Positions 11,701 through 23,156 of a stretch of 64,000 bases of DNA are shown in pieces. Position 1 is the stretch's first letter. Every line of letters begins with the position of its first letter. This DNA comes from Ascidiella aspersa. Lineage: Eukaryota. The stretch lies in contig OZ004613.1 of assembly GCA_963924565.1 (NCBI GenBank), positions 6,324,001-6,388,000 on the forward strand, written 5' to 3'. A program made the translations under genes and the position numbers. The notes under the pieces were generated by a model, which saw nothing but the letters and a program-made list of their open reading frames with translations, was not told where the DNA came from and ran no database searches.

Positions 11701-14665
11701 GTAACTTAAGTGCATCTAAGTCAAGTCAATATCTTAAAGCATTACAACACAGATTAACGCAAATCAAAACCTGAGCGACAGTTTAATCCAGGGGTAACTT
11801 TTTTTGTTACCACGGACCCCTAAAATTTGTTTGGAGCTCGCGCGGACCACGCTAGGCAAAAAAAATTAAAAAATGACGTCATAAATTTACCTCACAATAC
11901 AAATAGACTTAAATCTGCTGATTTCGGTCCAAAAATGTGAAAGTGAAATGAAGTCTTATTACAGTCAGTGTAAAACCGTTCTATTTTTAATTAAATTGTT
12001 CTTTTTGATATATTGATTTACTTCTAAAATATCCACTAATATTTCAATTAGGCGTTGATGGACCCCCTAAAACCGGTTCACGGACCCCCAAGGAGTCCAT
12101 GGACCCCAGTTTAGGAAACCCTGGTTTAAACAAACTAATTTTTTCAGTTCATATGTATTACAGTTAAAGCCGATCTTATTCCTCTTTTTCTATGGTGATA
12201 TTAGGGTGAATAAAAACCTGAGCGTCAGTTTCCAGATAAGAGAAGGCTTCCTCCAGGTCCTCCAGTTCAGGAGTTGCGTCCACCAGGATGCAATCCACGT
12301 AGAGCCGAACGCCAGGGATTCCTGGAGAGTCCGGAAGCAGGGAGTGGAAGTGCAGGAGGATGGAGTGTCTTCCCAACTCCGCAACTCCTGATCCTCTGAT
12401 CCTCACCATGGTGTGCCCTCCGTGCGAGTTCAAGTACTTAACTTTGACTGAGAACATTGGTAACGTATTTTAAATAGAAGAGTCCTGCATTCTTAGATTA
12501 AGATGTCTTAATTAAATACGTAGTAAGAATATCAAAGCCCATACAGAAGTATACACCGAAAGCCATTGCAGACTCACCGAATCTGTTGATCAATGATGCA
12601 AGCAGGGCAGGCCAAAAAAACAACTAACCTGCAGTGAGGTTCAAACTCACGACCTCCGGTCAAGCCGGGAATGTCGCTCATACAGAAGTAGGTGTTATTT
12701 TGAACGTTTCGAACAACTTTTTATTCATTTTCAACATTGTTAAAAAAGCGTTAAAAATGTTCCCTCTGTTCTAAAAAAGTTCTATGCAGACCCACATACC
12801 TAAAAAACAATTGTTAGGGGGCCCGCGGTAAAAATATCTCCCGCTCTAAAGCATAAGGCACCAACCAGTGTCGGCTTTGGTGTTGACGATGATCTCGAAC
12901 GCCGAAGCGATACTGTAGATTGAATCTTCGACTCTCTCCGTGGAGCTTTGAAGCTTGAAAAGGCTGCAATGTCCGTGGTGAGCCCTGACCTGCAACCGGT
13001 GAAACTATTGTTTAAACATTTTATTAAAACAAACATGAGCGTCCCACCTTTTAAAAGTAATGCTTGAATTACTTCTCAGTAACATAAACTGAAGATGAAA
13101 CAAGCTCGTATCGAAACGTCTTAATAAAGATGATGTCGATCTACTCGACCTTTTTGGCTTTGCAATTCATTATTAAGTTATTTTATTATAACTGCTTGAG
13201 TTTGTAGTTAGCGGAAGCGGAAACAGACGGCACGTGGACATGGCCTCCTTAAACTGTATTTTATGCCTACCTACGTAAATTTAATTTTTCATTTTCTTTT
13301 TGGCAGCGCAAATGAAATAGTCGTTTTGCGCTTAACTCTAACGTCACGTTAATATTACACTTCCTGACGTCACGTTAAGATTAAACTTCCTGACGTCACG
13401 TTAAGATTATCTTTGTGCAGTACGTTTTGACGTAACTTGTGACGTTACGTTATATTGTAACGGCAGTTTTTGAAATTTGTCATGACACTCCTCGCAACAA
13501 AAATGCTAGATCTGCGTCTGCTATGTTTAGACGTGAAACACAATGGTCTGTGGCGACATTTAAACACTGGGTTAACGTTTGAAATAGTTCTGTGAGATTT
13601 TTTGCTAGTTGTATTTAAAGATGCACAAGTAAATAAGGATGCGTTTTAACTTTGAAGCATGACTCTTTATGGTTGTAATTGGTCAAACAACAAATGTCAC
13701 AGCGCTTGGCTAATTATAGGGTTCTATTTTGTTACTAAAACTTTTCTAATTCAGGGGGGCGTCCTCCAGGGTCGGACCCTGGTATCGGCGGTCAGTGACT
13801 ATACCATCCTAGTGTTCTGCAAAACACAAGTCTAGGGCCGGGTATCGACGTCATACCGACATTATCGGACAGTTGAACACAGAATTATTTAACTAACCTC
13901 GATTGTGGCCAGAATAAACACGTCATCTTGAGTTTCGAAGAGTCGAACGATTTTACCGGCAACTTGACGTTTGACGTCACTCGATTTTGAGGCTTCGCTG
14001 AGAAGGTTGATTTCTGACGAAAAATTAAAAAAAAATCGAAATTATTGTGACGGTTATATAGCAGAGGTCGGTGACCCTTATGTGGTGCCGGCCAAGGCTT
14101 TTTTTATAATGAAGGGTAAAATGACATATATGGAGACGGCGGCCAAAAGGCGATTAGTTTGGTTTAAAAAATGAGTCCATACGGCGTGGTTAAAATTATA
14201 GAGTACAATAAATCCAATTGTATTCTCCTAGATGTGTTCAATAGAATTCTGTCGCCGAAATATATGTCGAGTGTCGCAAGCCACGAAAGGACAAAGTACG
14301 TTTTAAGGTTGCAATTGCATTTCGTAATCTAGTTTGTGGTGTAATTTGCATAAGGCTGTTAAACTGTCGATGTTAGGCTTAATTTTAATGAATTCGTGCG
14401 CAATTAAAAGCATTATTTATTCCAGGTTATGCACGGCGCATTTAGGGTTAACAGATTCAGTTGAACGGTAAACATCAATAGTCGTACGAAGGTCGAAAAA
14501 TGCATTTAAGGCCTTTTTCTCTGCAGGATTCTTATTTTGCTTATAATTAGAAAATAAATTTGCTCCTCTTTTTTATCGCCACTTACCGCTTATTCCTCCT
14601 TGGGCATTTGAAATTTCCGCTTGCGTGGCTAAAACTACCAGGAGCAAACAATTAAAAACACCCAT
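2755..14665 (-). CDS. Thrombospondin subgroup B (TSP3/4/COMP-like, pentameric), partial; 3' exons lie beyond the left edge
   Basis: Phase-consistent GT-AG exons read by hand: 14587-14665 (signal peptide [21 protein letters not shown]); 13898-14013, 12866-12989, 12218-12447, 11134-11266 (LamG-like TSPN domain, ..[27 protein letters not shown]); 10459-10647 (coiled coil ending CHACG, like the COMP oligomerisation domain); 8423-8580, 7677-7813, 7054-7132, 6410-6568, 5684-5788 (four EGF domains, [23 protein letters not shown]); 5098-5205, 4404-4563, 3880-4046, 2755-2845 (type-3 Ca-binding repeats, DNCP..N..Q.D.D.DG.GD.CD). No TSR/vWC exons seen. Confidence 0.93.
3520..3830. repeat. GACTT/AAGTC-rich interspersed repeat, same family as the MITE at 53173; other pieces at ~6611-6680, 11590-11750, 17830-17976, 23390-23686, 37020-37279
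   Basis: Arrays of (T)GACTTGACT / GACTTAAGTC; several copies end in CAGTGTTGTAATGAC or TTACAACAC. Confidence 0.75.
9289..9458. repeat. 50-bp near-perfect inverted repeat
   Basis: 9289-9338 is the reverse complement of 9409-9458 with 1 mismatch; 70-bp spacer. Confidence 0.85.
9661..9965 (+). repeat. Interspersed repeat; second, interrupted copy at ~17045-17680
   Basis: Shared blocks GACAACTAGATT, ACCGAATTCCTAAAAA, CTGTAAAAATTACATACAAGTCGTT and ACTGAGAGACTAAAAATGCCGTTGGACAAAGTA. Confidence 0.8.
10225..10300. mobile_element. 76-bp PIF/Harbinger-type (Tourist-like) MITE
   Basis: TIR GGGTGAAATTCATAAA / TTTATGAATTTCACCC, flanked by TAA / TTA; interior full of GATC motifs. Confidence 0.65.
11789..12123. 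mobile_element. hAT-like MITE
   Basis: CAGGGG...CCCCTG ends, TSD GTTTAATC / GTTTAAAC, subterminal GGACCCC repeats. Confidence 0.7.
12552..12678 (-). mobile_element. 5'-truncated tRNA-derived SINE insertion with 12-bp TSD
   Basis: CATACAGAAGTA duplicated at 12540-12551 and 12679-12690. The minus strand carries a tRNA-like 3' half (CCGG-CTTGA-CCGG, AGGTC, T-arm GTGAG-TTTGAAC-CTCAC). An empty copy of the host repeat is at 17192-17272. Confidence 0.7.
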
Positions 14666-17600
14666 CTCGGCTGCAAAACAACAAGCTTATAACGCGTCAT
14701 TTTTAAACAAATTAATCAACAAAATTTAGGCCAATGTAAAACAATAACAATCTTGGACTGAGCGTCGATCATTTATGGTTTAAACGAAATAACGTGTTAA
14801 GTTTAAAGACTGACTTATAGTAGATATAGGCTTCAGAATGTTCGCGTGCACAAACTTTATCTAATTTCCTTTTACCGCGACATTCAGTAGACATTTATTG
14901 GCAAAAAGACCTTTCACGTTGCCGTGACTTCAAACTACATTAAGCGCGCGCTATAAAGTTAGAAATCATCACACAGTTTAAGGCAACAAAGCGTAGTAGG
15001 TGGAATTCAGCCACTGATGCGAAAAGACTTATTTTTTAACAACGGCGTCCAAATCGAGAACAAACAGAGTGCGGTATGCGGTTTTAAAACATGCCAAAAA
15101 CGAAGTCCTGCCTCTTTCGGTGAGGAAACTTAGATAAAAACCAGACTTTTCATTAAAAACAATCTGTACACTGCCTGTCGTCAGCTGATATGCTCTTAAC
15201 CCTGTTTACCTTCCACAAAGTAACTAAGTGAAAAGCAGTGGCGATCGCTGTCAGTTAACAGGACCGCTCAAAATTAAGCCTTTTTCCCCCAGGTCCGACT
15301 TGTTTACCGAACTCAGAAAGTCGTGCTTCTCTTTTTGATTGTCTGCAGCTTTTGGTGTTTGGCTGCGATCGGCGGCAAATGTTTCACGAAGGTGACAGTC
15401 AAATCACGCCCGACAAGCGACCAAGCTTGGGAAAAGAAACGACTGCCAGCATTCCAGCAATTGGAACAAAATGCGACCGGTAATTTGACGCGAACGGATG
15501 CGTTTGGTCGTTGAACATGATTTGCAATTGGTCTGTAGTTTCACACATTTGAGTGAAATTCTGAGAGCGCTTGGGAACTTTCAAACTGAATCTACTACAT
15601 TAGTAAATTAATGAGGTTTTGCAAACTATGCTGATGTCGTTATGTGGTATAAAATATTTTCATAAGTTATGTTTAAATAGCGCGAAGCTTTAAACAATTG
15701 TTAAAACTGATTTTTGAACCTTATAAAAGAATTAAAAAACGATTAAAGCCTCGCAAATAACGTCTTAGTACGCCAGAAAGAATGTAAAAGAATGGGAAAT
15801 ATATTTTCACATAGCCATATGTTGGCCAGTACACAAAAAGAAAAGTAAAAACAGGGAAATATTTTGTATTTTATGAAATAAAATGCATCACACGGGACTC
15901 GAACATGAAACGTGGGCAAATTTTTGTTGGCCAACAAAAATCTTTTTTGGCTTGAAACAAGAACAACCAGAAAGCGGATGTAATACTACGGTCGCAACGC
16001 TTTTAAGTGAACTTGGGGGAAATAGAACGAACAAGTGACGCTACACATATCAAATAAAGGCAAAAAAGTTCAGTATCAAAGGCACTTTTCTCTACATTTG
16101 TTGACATACAGGTGAGTTGAAAAACTTTTTAAAAAGTAAGCAGTTGAAGGGTAAATGTACGACATTATACGAAGAAGTTTTAAAGCTTAAGTTGTTAAGG
16201 CTCAAGTTTGTTAGTTTCTTAATTCTTGGTCGTCTTTTGCAATACAAATTTGTACGTTTGCGACTATACTTTGTGTGTTTTATTCGATTTTATTCTTACA
16301 CTGACCTGAAGCACGGTAGTACGATAAAACTTGTCAGCTTCACATAATTTGTCCTATTTTTTTTCATAAAAATAGGTTATTCTCAAAATTACAAAAACTA
16401 CCGCGTCACACCAAGGAATCCGTCGAAGCGCACAGCTTGATATCAAAGACCAATGGCATGGGCAAATTGACTTGTAAGAAAGCTGATAAAGTTTGCGCGA
16501 ATTTTCCCATGTTACAGTCTCCAGGAGCACAGCTGGTGGTTAATCAAAAAAGTCAAGCAGAAATAAAGTGAATCAACGAACTAGCACCGATCTCTATAGG
16601 AATTTATCTTTGAAGGGTGTCCCTGATTTACGGTTTTTATTTTTATAAAATCATTGAGGTGACTAACAGACAAGGCTACGTAGTCGGTAAAAAATAACCG
16701 AGTCCAGCTACTGACAAAAAATGAACCCCGGGAAATGTGCGATTTCGTCGAGTCTCGAGTTCAGCCCCGACTCTACAACTTGTATTACATGCATTTACGT
16801 ACGGTAACTAAAATAAGGTGGATATTTAGCAATCTACTTATAGGGGTGTCATATAAAGCATCCACCCACAATACGTGGTTGGAAAATGCTCCACTCTTTG
16901 CTCTACAAGCTATGCAAATTACAATGTGCGACCTTTACGGTACCGAATTTGCTACTGTGCTTGTGAACGTCGGGGTTTGTTCAATTGCCCTTGCGAGTTC
17001 GCTGTCGGCCTACAGCGTAGCCTACCGAAAAAGTGCTGGTGGCAGACTTTGACAACTAGATTTATTTTGACCTTTTAAAATTAGATTAGAATTAATGCAT
17101 TTTAGTTTTTCCAAATTAGATCGTTTTGAGTTTTCTCAAATCAGATTAGATGTATATATACACTTACAATCAGTAGGCTTACCTTCTCTCTATGTTGAAA
17201 ATGAATAAAGAGTTATTCGAAACGTTCAAGATGATACCTACTTCTGTATGGGCTTTGATATTCTTATTACGTCTTACTACAAACTCCAACCATTATGCTC
17301 CAACGATTAGAATGAGAACTATACCGAATTCCTAAAAACTAGAATTTGAACTAGAATAAAATTTTATTATTCACAATTAATTACATTCGCAAATTATTCT
17401 AATAAGAATGTGAATGGTGAATATGTGTGCGCTAATTTTTATGTCTTTTTATGCTTTTCAGACTGTAAAAATTACATACAAGTCGTTCCAACCAAAGAGT
17501 TTTAATTAAAATCTTTGTTTCTACTGAGAGACTAAAAATGCCGTTGGACAAAGTATATTTTTGGTAAAATCCGAGTTAGATTAGAACTAGAATTCGAGCA

Positions 17601-18085
17601 CACAGGCAATTCACAAATTAGATTAGAATTAGCTGCATTTTATTCATTGAAGTAGAAAACTAGAATTAGCAAAATAGACCGGAATTTTCTTAGGCGTACA
17701 TGGACCCCCTAAAATTAGTCCACGTACCCCAACGTTGAAAAACCCCTGCTTTATAACCAATTTGATAAGTCTTTCTACCCTAACTAAACCAAATTTTTTC
17801 GTTCCCAATTGTATGACACAAATGAAAACACTTGATTTTAACTTAAGTCATTTGTCCGAAAGACTTAAGTCAAGTCCAGTCGTTTTTCCCCATTGATTTA
17901 ATTTAAGTCAAGTCAATTTTAAAATTGATTTAAGTGCGCATTAGTTAAGGAATTGACTTAAGTCATTACAACACTAGTGGCATAATATTGTGTAATCAAA
18001 AAAACTTTTTTTTTATTAGTTATACGTTTTCTTTACCATAAAAAAACCTCACAAAATTGTGTGTTCGCCGATCAAACACTCTAGG

Positions 18086-21000
18086 TCACATTTTACAGGA
18101 GCGCAGTAGCCGGTCGATCGAGTTCACGCAGCTGAAGTCGAGCAAGGATCGCGACCCGAACGCGCAGTCGAGGAGTTTTCGCGCCGCAGTCGACTCTACG
18201 TACACACTGACCAAACCCCTTTGGTCTGGGGAGCGTGGAACCGTGCCCAGGTGGAGCTTGACCTCGTCCCTGGGTCTGGGCCTGGACGGTTGGCGGGCGC
18301 AGGAGGCCATTTGGGCAGAGAACCGGCGCCAGCAAAACAGCCTGGTCGGCTGCTGATGGTCCCGCTTTATCTTAACAGGGATCGCCGCTTCTCCATAAGC
18401 TGGGTAGTAGTGCATTGTAGCCTGGCCCATTCGCCTTATAACCAAGCCGCTGTCACCGTCGCATTTCAGCGTGAAACCTTGCTCGAAATGGTTTAAGATG
18501 TTCAGCACGCCCTGGTTTTGGCCAGAGTAAATGGGCAGCTTGACTGGTAGGGAGTGGACGTCCAGCCCGGTTGATCCTCGATCGCGGTCTTCCAGCATGA
18601 TCAGCGCCTCTTGGAAGCGGGCCTCCTCTCCATAATAGAGGCGAACGCCGTGCGACTGCAGGTCAAAGGTCGCCTCGTAATGCGGCGTCTGGTCACAAAC
18701 GACGCTCACTTTGTAGCGGTACAAATCGCCGTCTGTGCGCAAAGTGTAGGTTTGAGAAAGTGGCTGAGCGACAAAAGCTAGTGTTTGTCATCTAACATTA
18801 CTAATAAAATATATATTTTAAACGTACAATAGCTATTTTTTGTATCTAATATCACCACTAAAATATACATTTGTAACGTGAAAAATCCAGTTTTTTATCT
18901 AACATCACCAATCACAGTATATGTCTATAGCGTAAAAAAAGAAGTAGTCGCATCTAACATCACCAATAAAAATATACTTCCAATGTGAAAGAGCTAGTTT
19001 TGCCAAACAGGCAAACTTATTTAATCGCCAGGCTGAGCAAAGTAATACTCGGCAAGTGGCATCACTAGTTACTGCAAAAGTACGAGCATCTCCCTTTGTG
19101 TGTATTTTATACTTTTTCTTAAATTTGTGTAGTTAATGGCAGGGCTGCGGAGTCGGACGCGGGATTCGAGTAAAAATACGTAAGATTACCCGACTCCCGA
19201 GTCCGACGTACGCAGCACCATATTCGAAACCGATAAGGCAAAAACTGTAAAATGTGGAAAAGTGTATGGAAACTTTCAATTGTTGTGGTAGAATAGCGTA
19301 TGGTGGAATAATTTCCAAACACGTTTTAAGGGTGGATGAGTTTTATGACACACATATGATTAGATTGCGGAATATCCACCCTATTTTAGTTACGTAAATG
19401 GGTGGAATACAGGTTGTGGAGCTGGAGTCTAACTCGTGAATTAACGGAATTGGTCCGTTAAACTGTCAGATTCGTGTCGTTTTTAACCAATTACGCAGCC
19501 CTGCTTAACGGAAGTAGATATACCGCCATTACCTGGAACCCGGTCACTAATAAAATGATGGCGCGTAACACAAAATGCATGTAAACCTGTGATTGGTCAA
19601 CTTACAGTCGACGTTGTAGTTTCTCAGCCAATCAAAAATCGAAGGGCTAGTTTCTGTTTCTGCTGGTTGTGAATTACTGGAAGGTTCGCTCAGCACCGTC
19701 GCTGTATCCCCAACTTCCAACAAACCTAATAAAAAGCGGCACAATAATACCAGAAACGTTGTTAAAACGTTTTGTATAATGCTGCATTGCTGTTTGGCTA
19801 GCCAATGATTGTCGCTGTATTCTAAAAGGGTCTAAATATTTATTTATTCTGCCTTAAACAAGATCTCTTAAACTTACAGTAACGTAGACCTCTAATTTTT
19901 TTTTTGGTTTGCATAGACCAGACGGACATGAAGGTTTGTTTTTGATATGACACCAAAAGATAAAAATAAACTCAAGAAACTTGCTGTTTCCGATCGTACT
20001 TATGTGCAAATATTAAACATAAATCGAGTATAAATTTACTTAAGAATACGGCAAAGCGTTTTTTTGTTAAATCATTTTCGTTTGAAACAGTCATTCCAAT
20101 TTTAATTATACAATATAATATTCCAGTGAAAAACGAGTCCACGTATCATCAAGCGGTTCATGAAACCCAATTTAAGAACCCCTGGCTTAAAATCTGAACA
20201 TTTTGCAATAAAATACAATCACAGACTAACAGTTTACATCAACCATTAAGGCAATTTTTGTTACAGTCGATGCTTAAATTGGCCAGTTTAATAGAGCAAT
20301 ACGCTACATTTATTGCTAAAAAGTACTTGTTAGACTCACCACATTCAGAAGGGCTCGATATAAGATCGCTCAGTGAAATGTTACCCAAGGAACTTGCCCC
20401 ACTGAAATCAGTTACGTGCTGCAAGTCACTGAACGGCTCATCCCGGGGTTTTGGAGCTTCTTTCATTAAGGCTTGTTGAATTAATGGGGTGCTTTGCGAG
20501 GATTGGGAAGTAGTAGGGGTTTCGTTGGTGGGTTCCCGGCTGAGAGTCTGGGTTTGTAGATCAAAAGATTGTTGATGCCGTTTTTCATTAAGAGGTTGTA
20601 GTTGTTGATGTTGGTTTTGATCAAGATGTTCTTGTTGTTGTTGTTGTTGTTGGTTTTGTTTTACATTGAGATGTTGTGGTTGTTGTTGTTGAAGTTGGTT
20701 TTCATCAAGATGTTCTTGTTGTTGTTGAAAGAACGATTGTTGCATTTTCTGTCCATGATGTTGTTGCTGCAGTTCATTTGAAAAATGTGTTTGTTGTTGT
20801 TGTTGTTCTCGTTGGTGTTTATATTGTTGTTTTTGTTGTTGTTGTAAAGGCCGTTTGTGAGACATTTCTGAATGACACTGCGTCACCATCGAGCCTTCAC
20901 TAGATTGAGGAGAAGGTGACTGCAACAAAAAAATATTTAATAGTTTTTAACATTTTCCAGTTATATGTTAGATATAAGATGTACAGTGCAGAGTCTGTAT

Positions 21001-23156
21001 ACTGATGGTTTAAGCATTACTTTATATAAGTGTTAATGTGTCACACGATTCTTGTCAAGATTACTTTGATGAACAATTTACAACATACATATTTAGTAAC
21101 CAAAGTAAGACACACATTTATCTAGATCAGTGCTTTTCAACCTTTTTGCTGGAGTGGAACCCTATGGAAACATTTCACTGGCTCGAGGAACCCCGGTGCA
21201 ATAATTCCACTGGCTCAAGGAACCCCAGTGTAATAAACACGCCTCAATTCGCTAAACAATTTAGAAATTGTGAAACCCTTTGACTAAGGTAACCCTAAGG
21301 TTCTGCGGAACCCTGGTTGAAAACCACTGATCTAGATACAGAAAACATAAACAATCACTTCAACCTGAGGTTGGTGCAAGCTTTGTGGCATATCATGCCG
21401 AAGGGATCCATTTATACAGCTTCCTAAAAAACAATTTTAGGAGTTATTTTGTAAATATATATATTTTTTGATTTAGTCATACATAAATAAATTAAAACTG
21501 CATTTTATTCTGTGCCTATTTTGTTTATATGTCAAGCGATGTTATTATCATATGTGTAATTTGGGACTTTAAGTTTGTTGTCAGGTGAATTTGCTGCGAC
21601 TTTCATCTTAAATTCCATAAAATAAAGAGTAGATAGGATGATGTGCGCAAGTCCGTTAAGTTGGTGATGATTAATTTCATTCTAAAGAAAATGTATGTTT
21701 CATACGCAAATAAAATTTTAACAAGTGATTTTTTTTAATTGCATGGCAACAATGGGATAATAACGCAAGAGAAATTCTTCTGTAGGAAAAGATAGCAAAG
21801 ATTTTCTGTCAGAAAAAAGTGTTTTTGTTAGAAAAAGTGGCATAACTGCAAAAGTGTAAGCAAAACATTGTGATATTTAGGAATTTCCAAAGCATGTTTT
21901 GACTATCTTAAAAGCATTGCATTCAGTTTAGGTTCTGACCGTAAGATTGCCATTTTTAGAGTTTCTTACAATTCAAGCTAGCTCATTTGCACTAAAGGCA
22001 TTCTATTGATAGCTAAACAAATATAAAAAAATCTTTATTAAGTTTATAACTGTTTTTCCTAAATGCACATACATAAAACAGTAAAAGTAAAAATACCAGC
22101 AGTTGGAATCTTAGTGGATGGAGACTGTACTCTGGAAGATGAAATTTTTCTTCTTTTGGATTTCAAAATAGTTTTCTTTTCTAAAAAAATAACCATAAGG
22201 TTCAATAGTTTTTAGTAAAATTATTTTCCCATAACAGACAAACACTTTTCATAAGTTGTTCATGTTTTCTATGACCTACTTGTCAAAATACAAAATGTCA
22301 AGTTGTTAAAATGAGATTAGCGATAAACAAAATTTAAAATTTAAATATCTGAATGGTTACAATAATTACGACAAACCTTTTATTTCAACCGTGTTCAAAA
22401 CTTTGTAGACCCAGAAGTTTCCTGTTTGCTTGTTTGTCTTACACATTTCCGGGACCCTTTCAAAATAAGGTGACCTGTGCATAGCACACCGGAATCTAGA
22501 TTTGGCCTTTTCTGCAGGGTTGCTTTCATCACACTTACCCTTGAACACTGACCATTCCTAAACATCAAAACGAAAATTTAGCAATGATGATGTTAAGACT
22601 GGTTATAAAAAAACAAGTATAAAACATAAAATCATTACAACTATACAGAAATTTTTATTTCGCCTTAGGAATAGGTATCATCAGTTTCTCAATTTGAATG
22701 TAAGCAAGAATCTTTCTTTTACATTTTATTGTCTGTGGGAGATTACTTACTTTTGAAAGTGTTTCAGCTTAAAAATTCAACAAGGTATAATCAAGACTGT
22801 TATTAGTTTTTGTTGTCATTTTTTTTAATTTAAAAAAATTACTTTTCACAAATTTATAGGGACAATTTAAAAAGGTTTCTATATTGCTATGAAACATTTT
22901 TGAAACTAAAGTATGCACTAAAAATGCTAAGCTGTTGAAGTGATAATAAAAAGATTATGAACAGAAAATCAATTACCTTAAATATCTCGTAAAAAATTTC
23001 CCAGTTTGGTTCATCTTTTTTAGGCCAAGGAATTTTTAAAAATATTTTTTGTTCGTCAAGCCACTCAGCGTCAATAAATCTTCCTTGATCAATTCTAGGT
23101 AAAAGCCATCGCTTTAGTGATTTGACGTCTTGTTCTTCATCATAAACGGAGCACAT
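18086..23156 (-). CDS. Interferon regulatory factor family transcription factor (IRF DBD + Gln-rich linker + IAD1/SMAD-FHA-like C-terminal domain)
   Basis: Exons 22977-23156 (LKRWLL..AEWLD..KIPW..IFK), 22377-22557 (EWS..KSRFRCAMHRS..VYKV), 22097-22180, 21365-21423, 20340-20919 (polyQ), 19606-19725, 18086-18777 (GVRLYYG..ILNHFEQGFTL..RRMGQ..KIKRD..KLHLG..LVSVYVE..ARKLL). All junctions are GT-AG and phase-compatible. Confidence 0.88.
18790..19000. repeat. Four diverged ~54-bp tandem repeats in the last IRF intron
   Basis: Unit starts ATCTAA(C/T)AT(C/T)AC at ~18790, 18844, 18897 and 18952. Confidence 0.75.
19140..19503. mobile_element. hAT-like MITE in IRF intron
   Basis: CAGGGCTGCG / CGCAGCCCTG ends; flanks GTTAATGG / CTTAACGG (6/8). 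Confidence 0.6.
21128..21329. mobile_element. hAT MITE in IRF intron
   Basis: TIR CAGTGCTTTTCAACC / GGTTGAAAACCACTG, perfect 8-bp TSD ATCTAGAT, internal GGAACCC repeats. Confidence 0.85.

Noticed and set aside
12578-12630. Apparent extra thrombospondin exon (..LINRF|GTGAG)
   Set aside because: It lies within the SINE insert; exon 12866-12989 splices in phase directly to 12447.
12800-13036. ORF-track translation of this exon
   Set aside because: Wrong frame; the TSPN-homologous frame reads [25 protein letters not shown].
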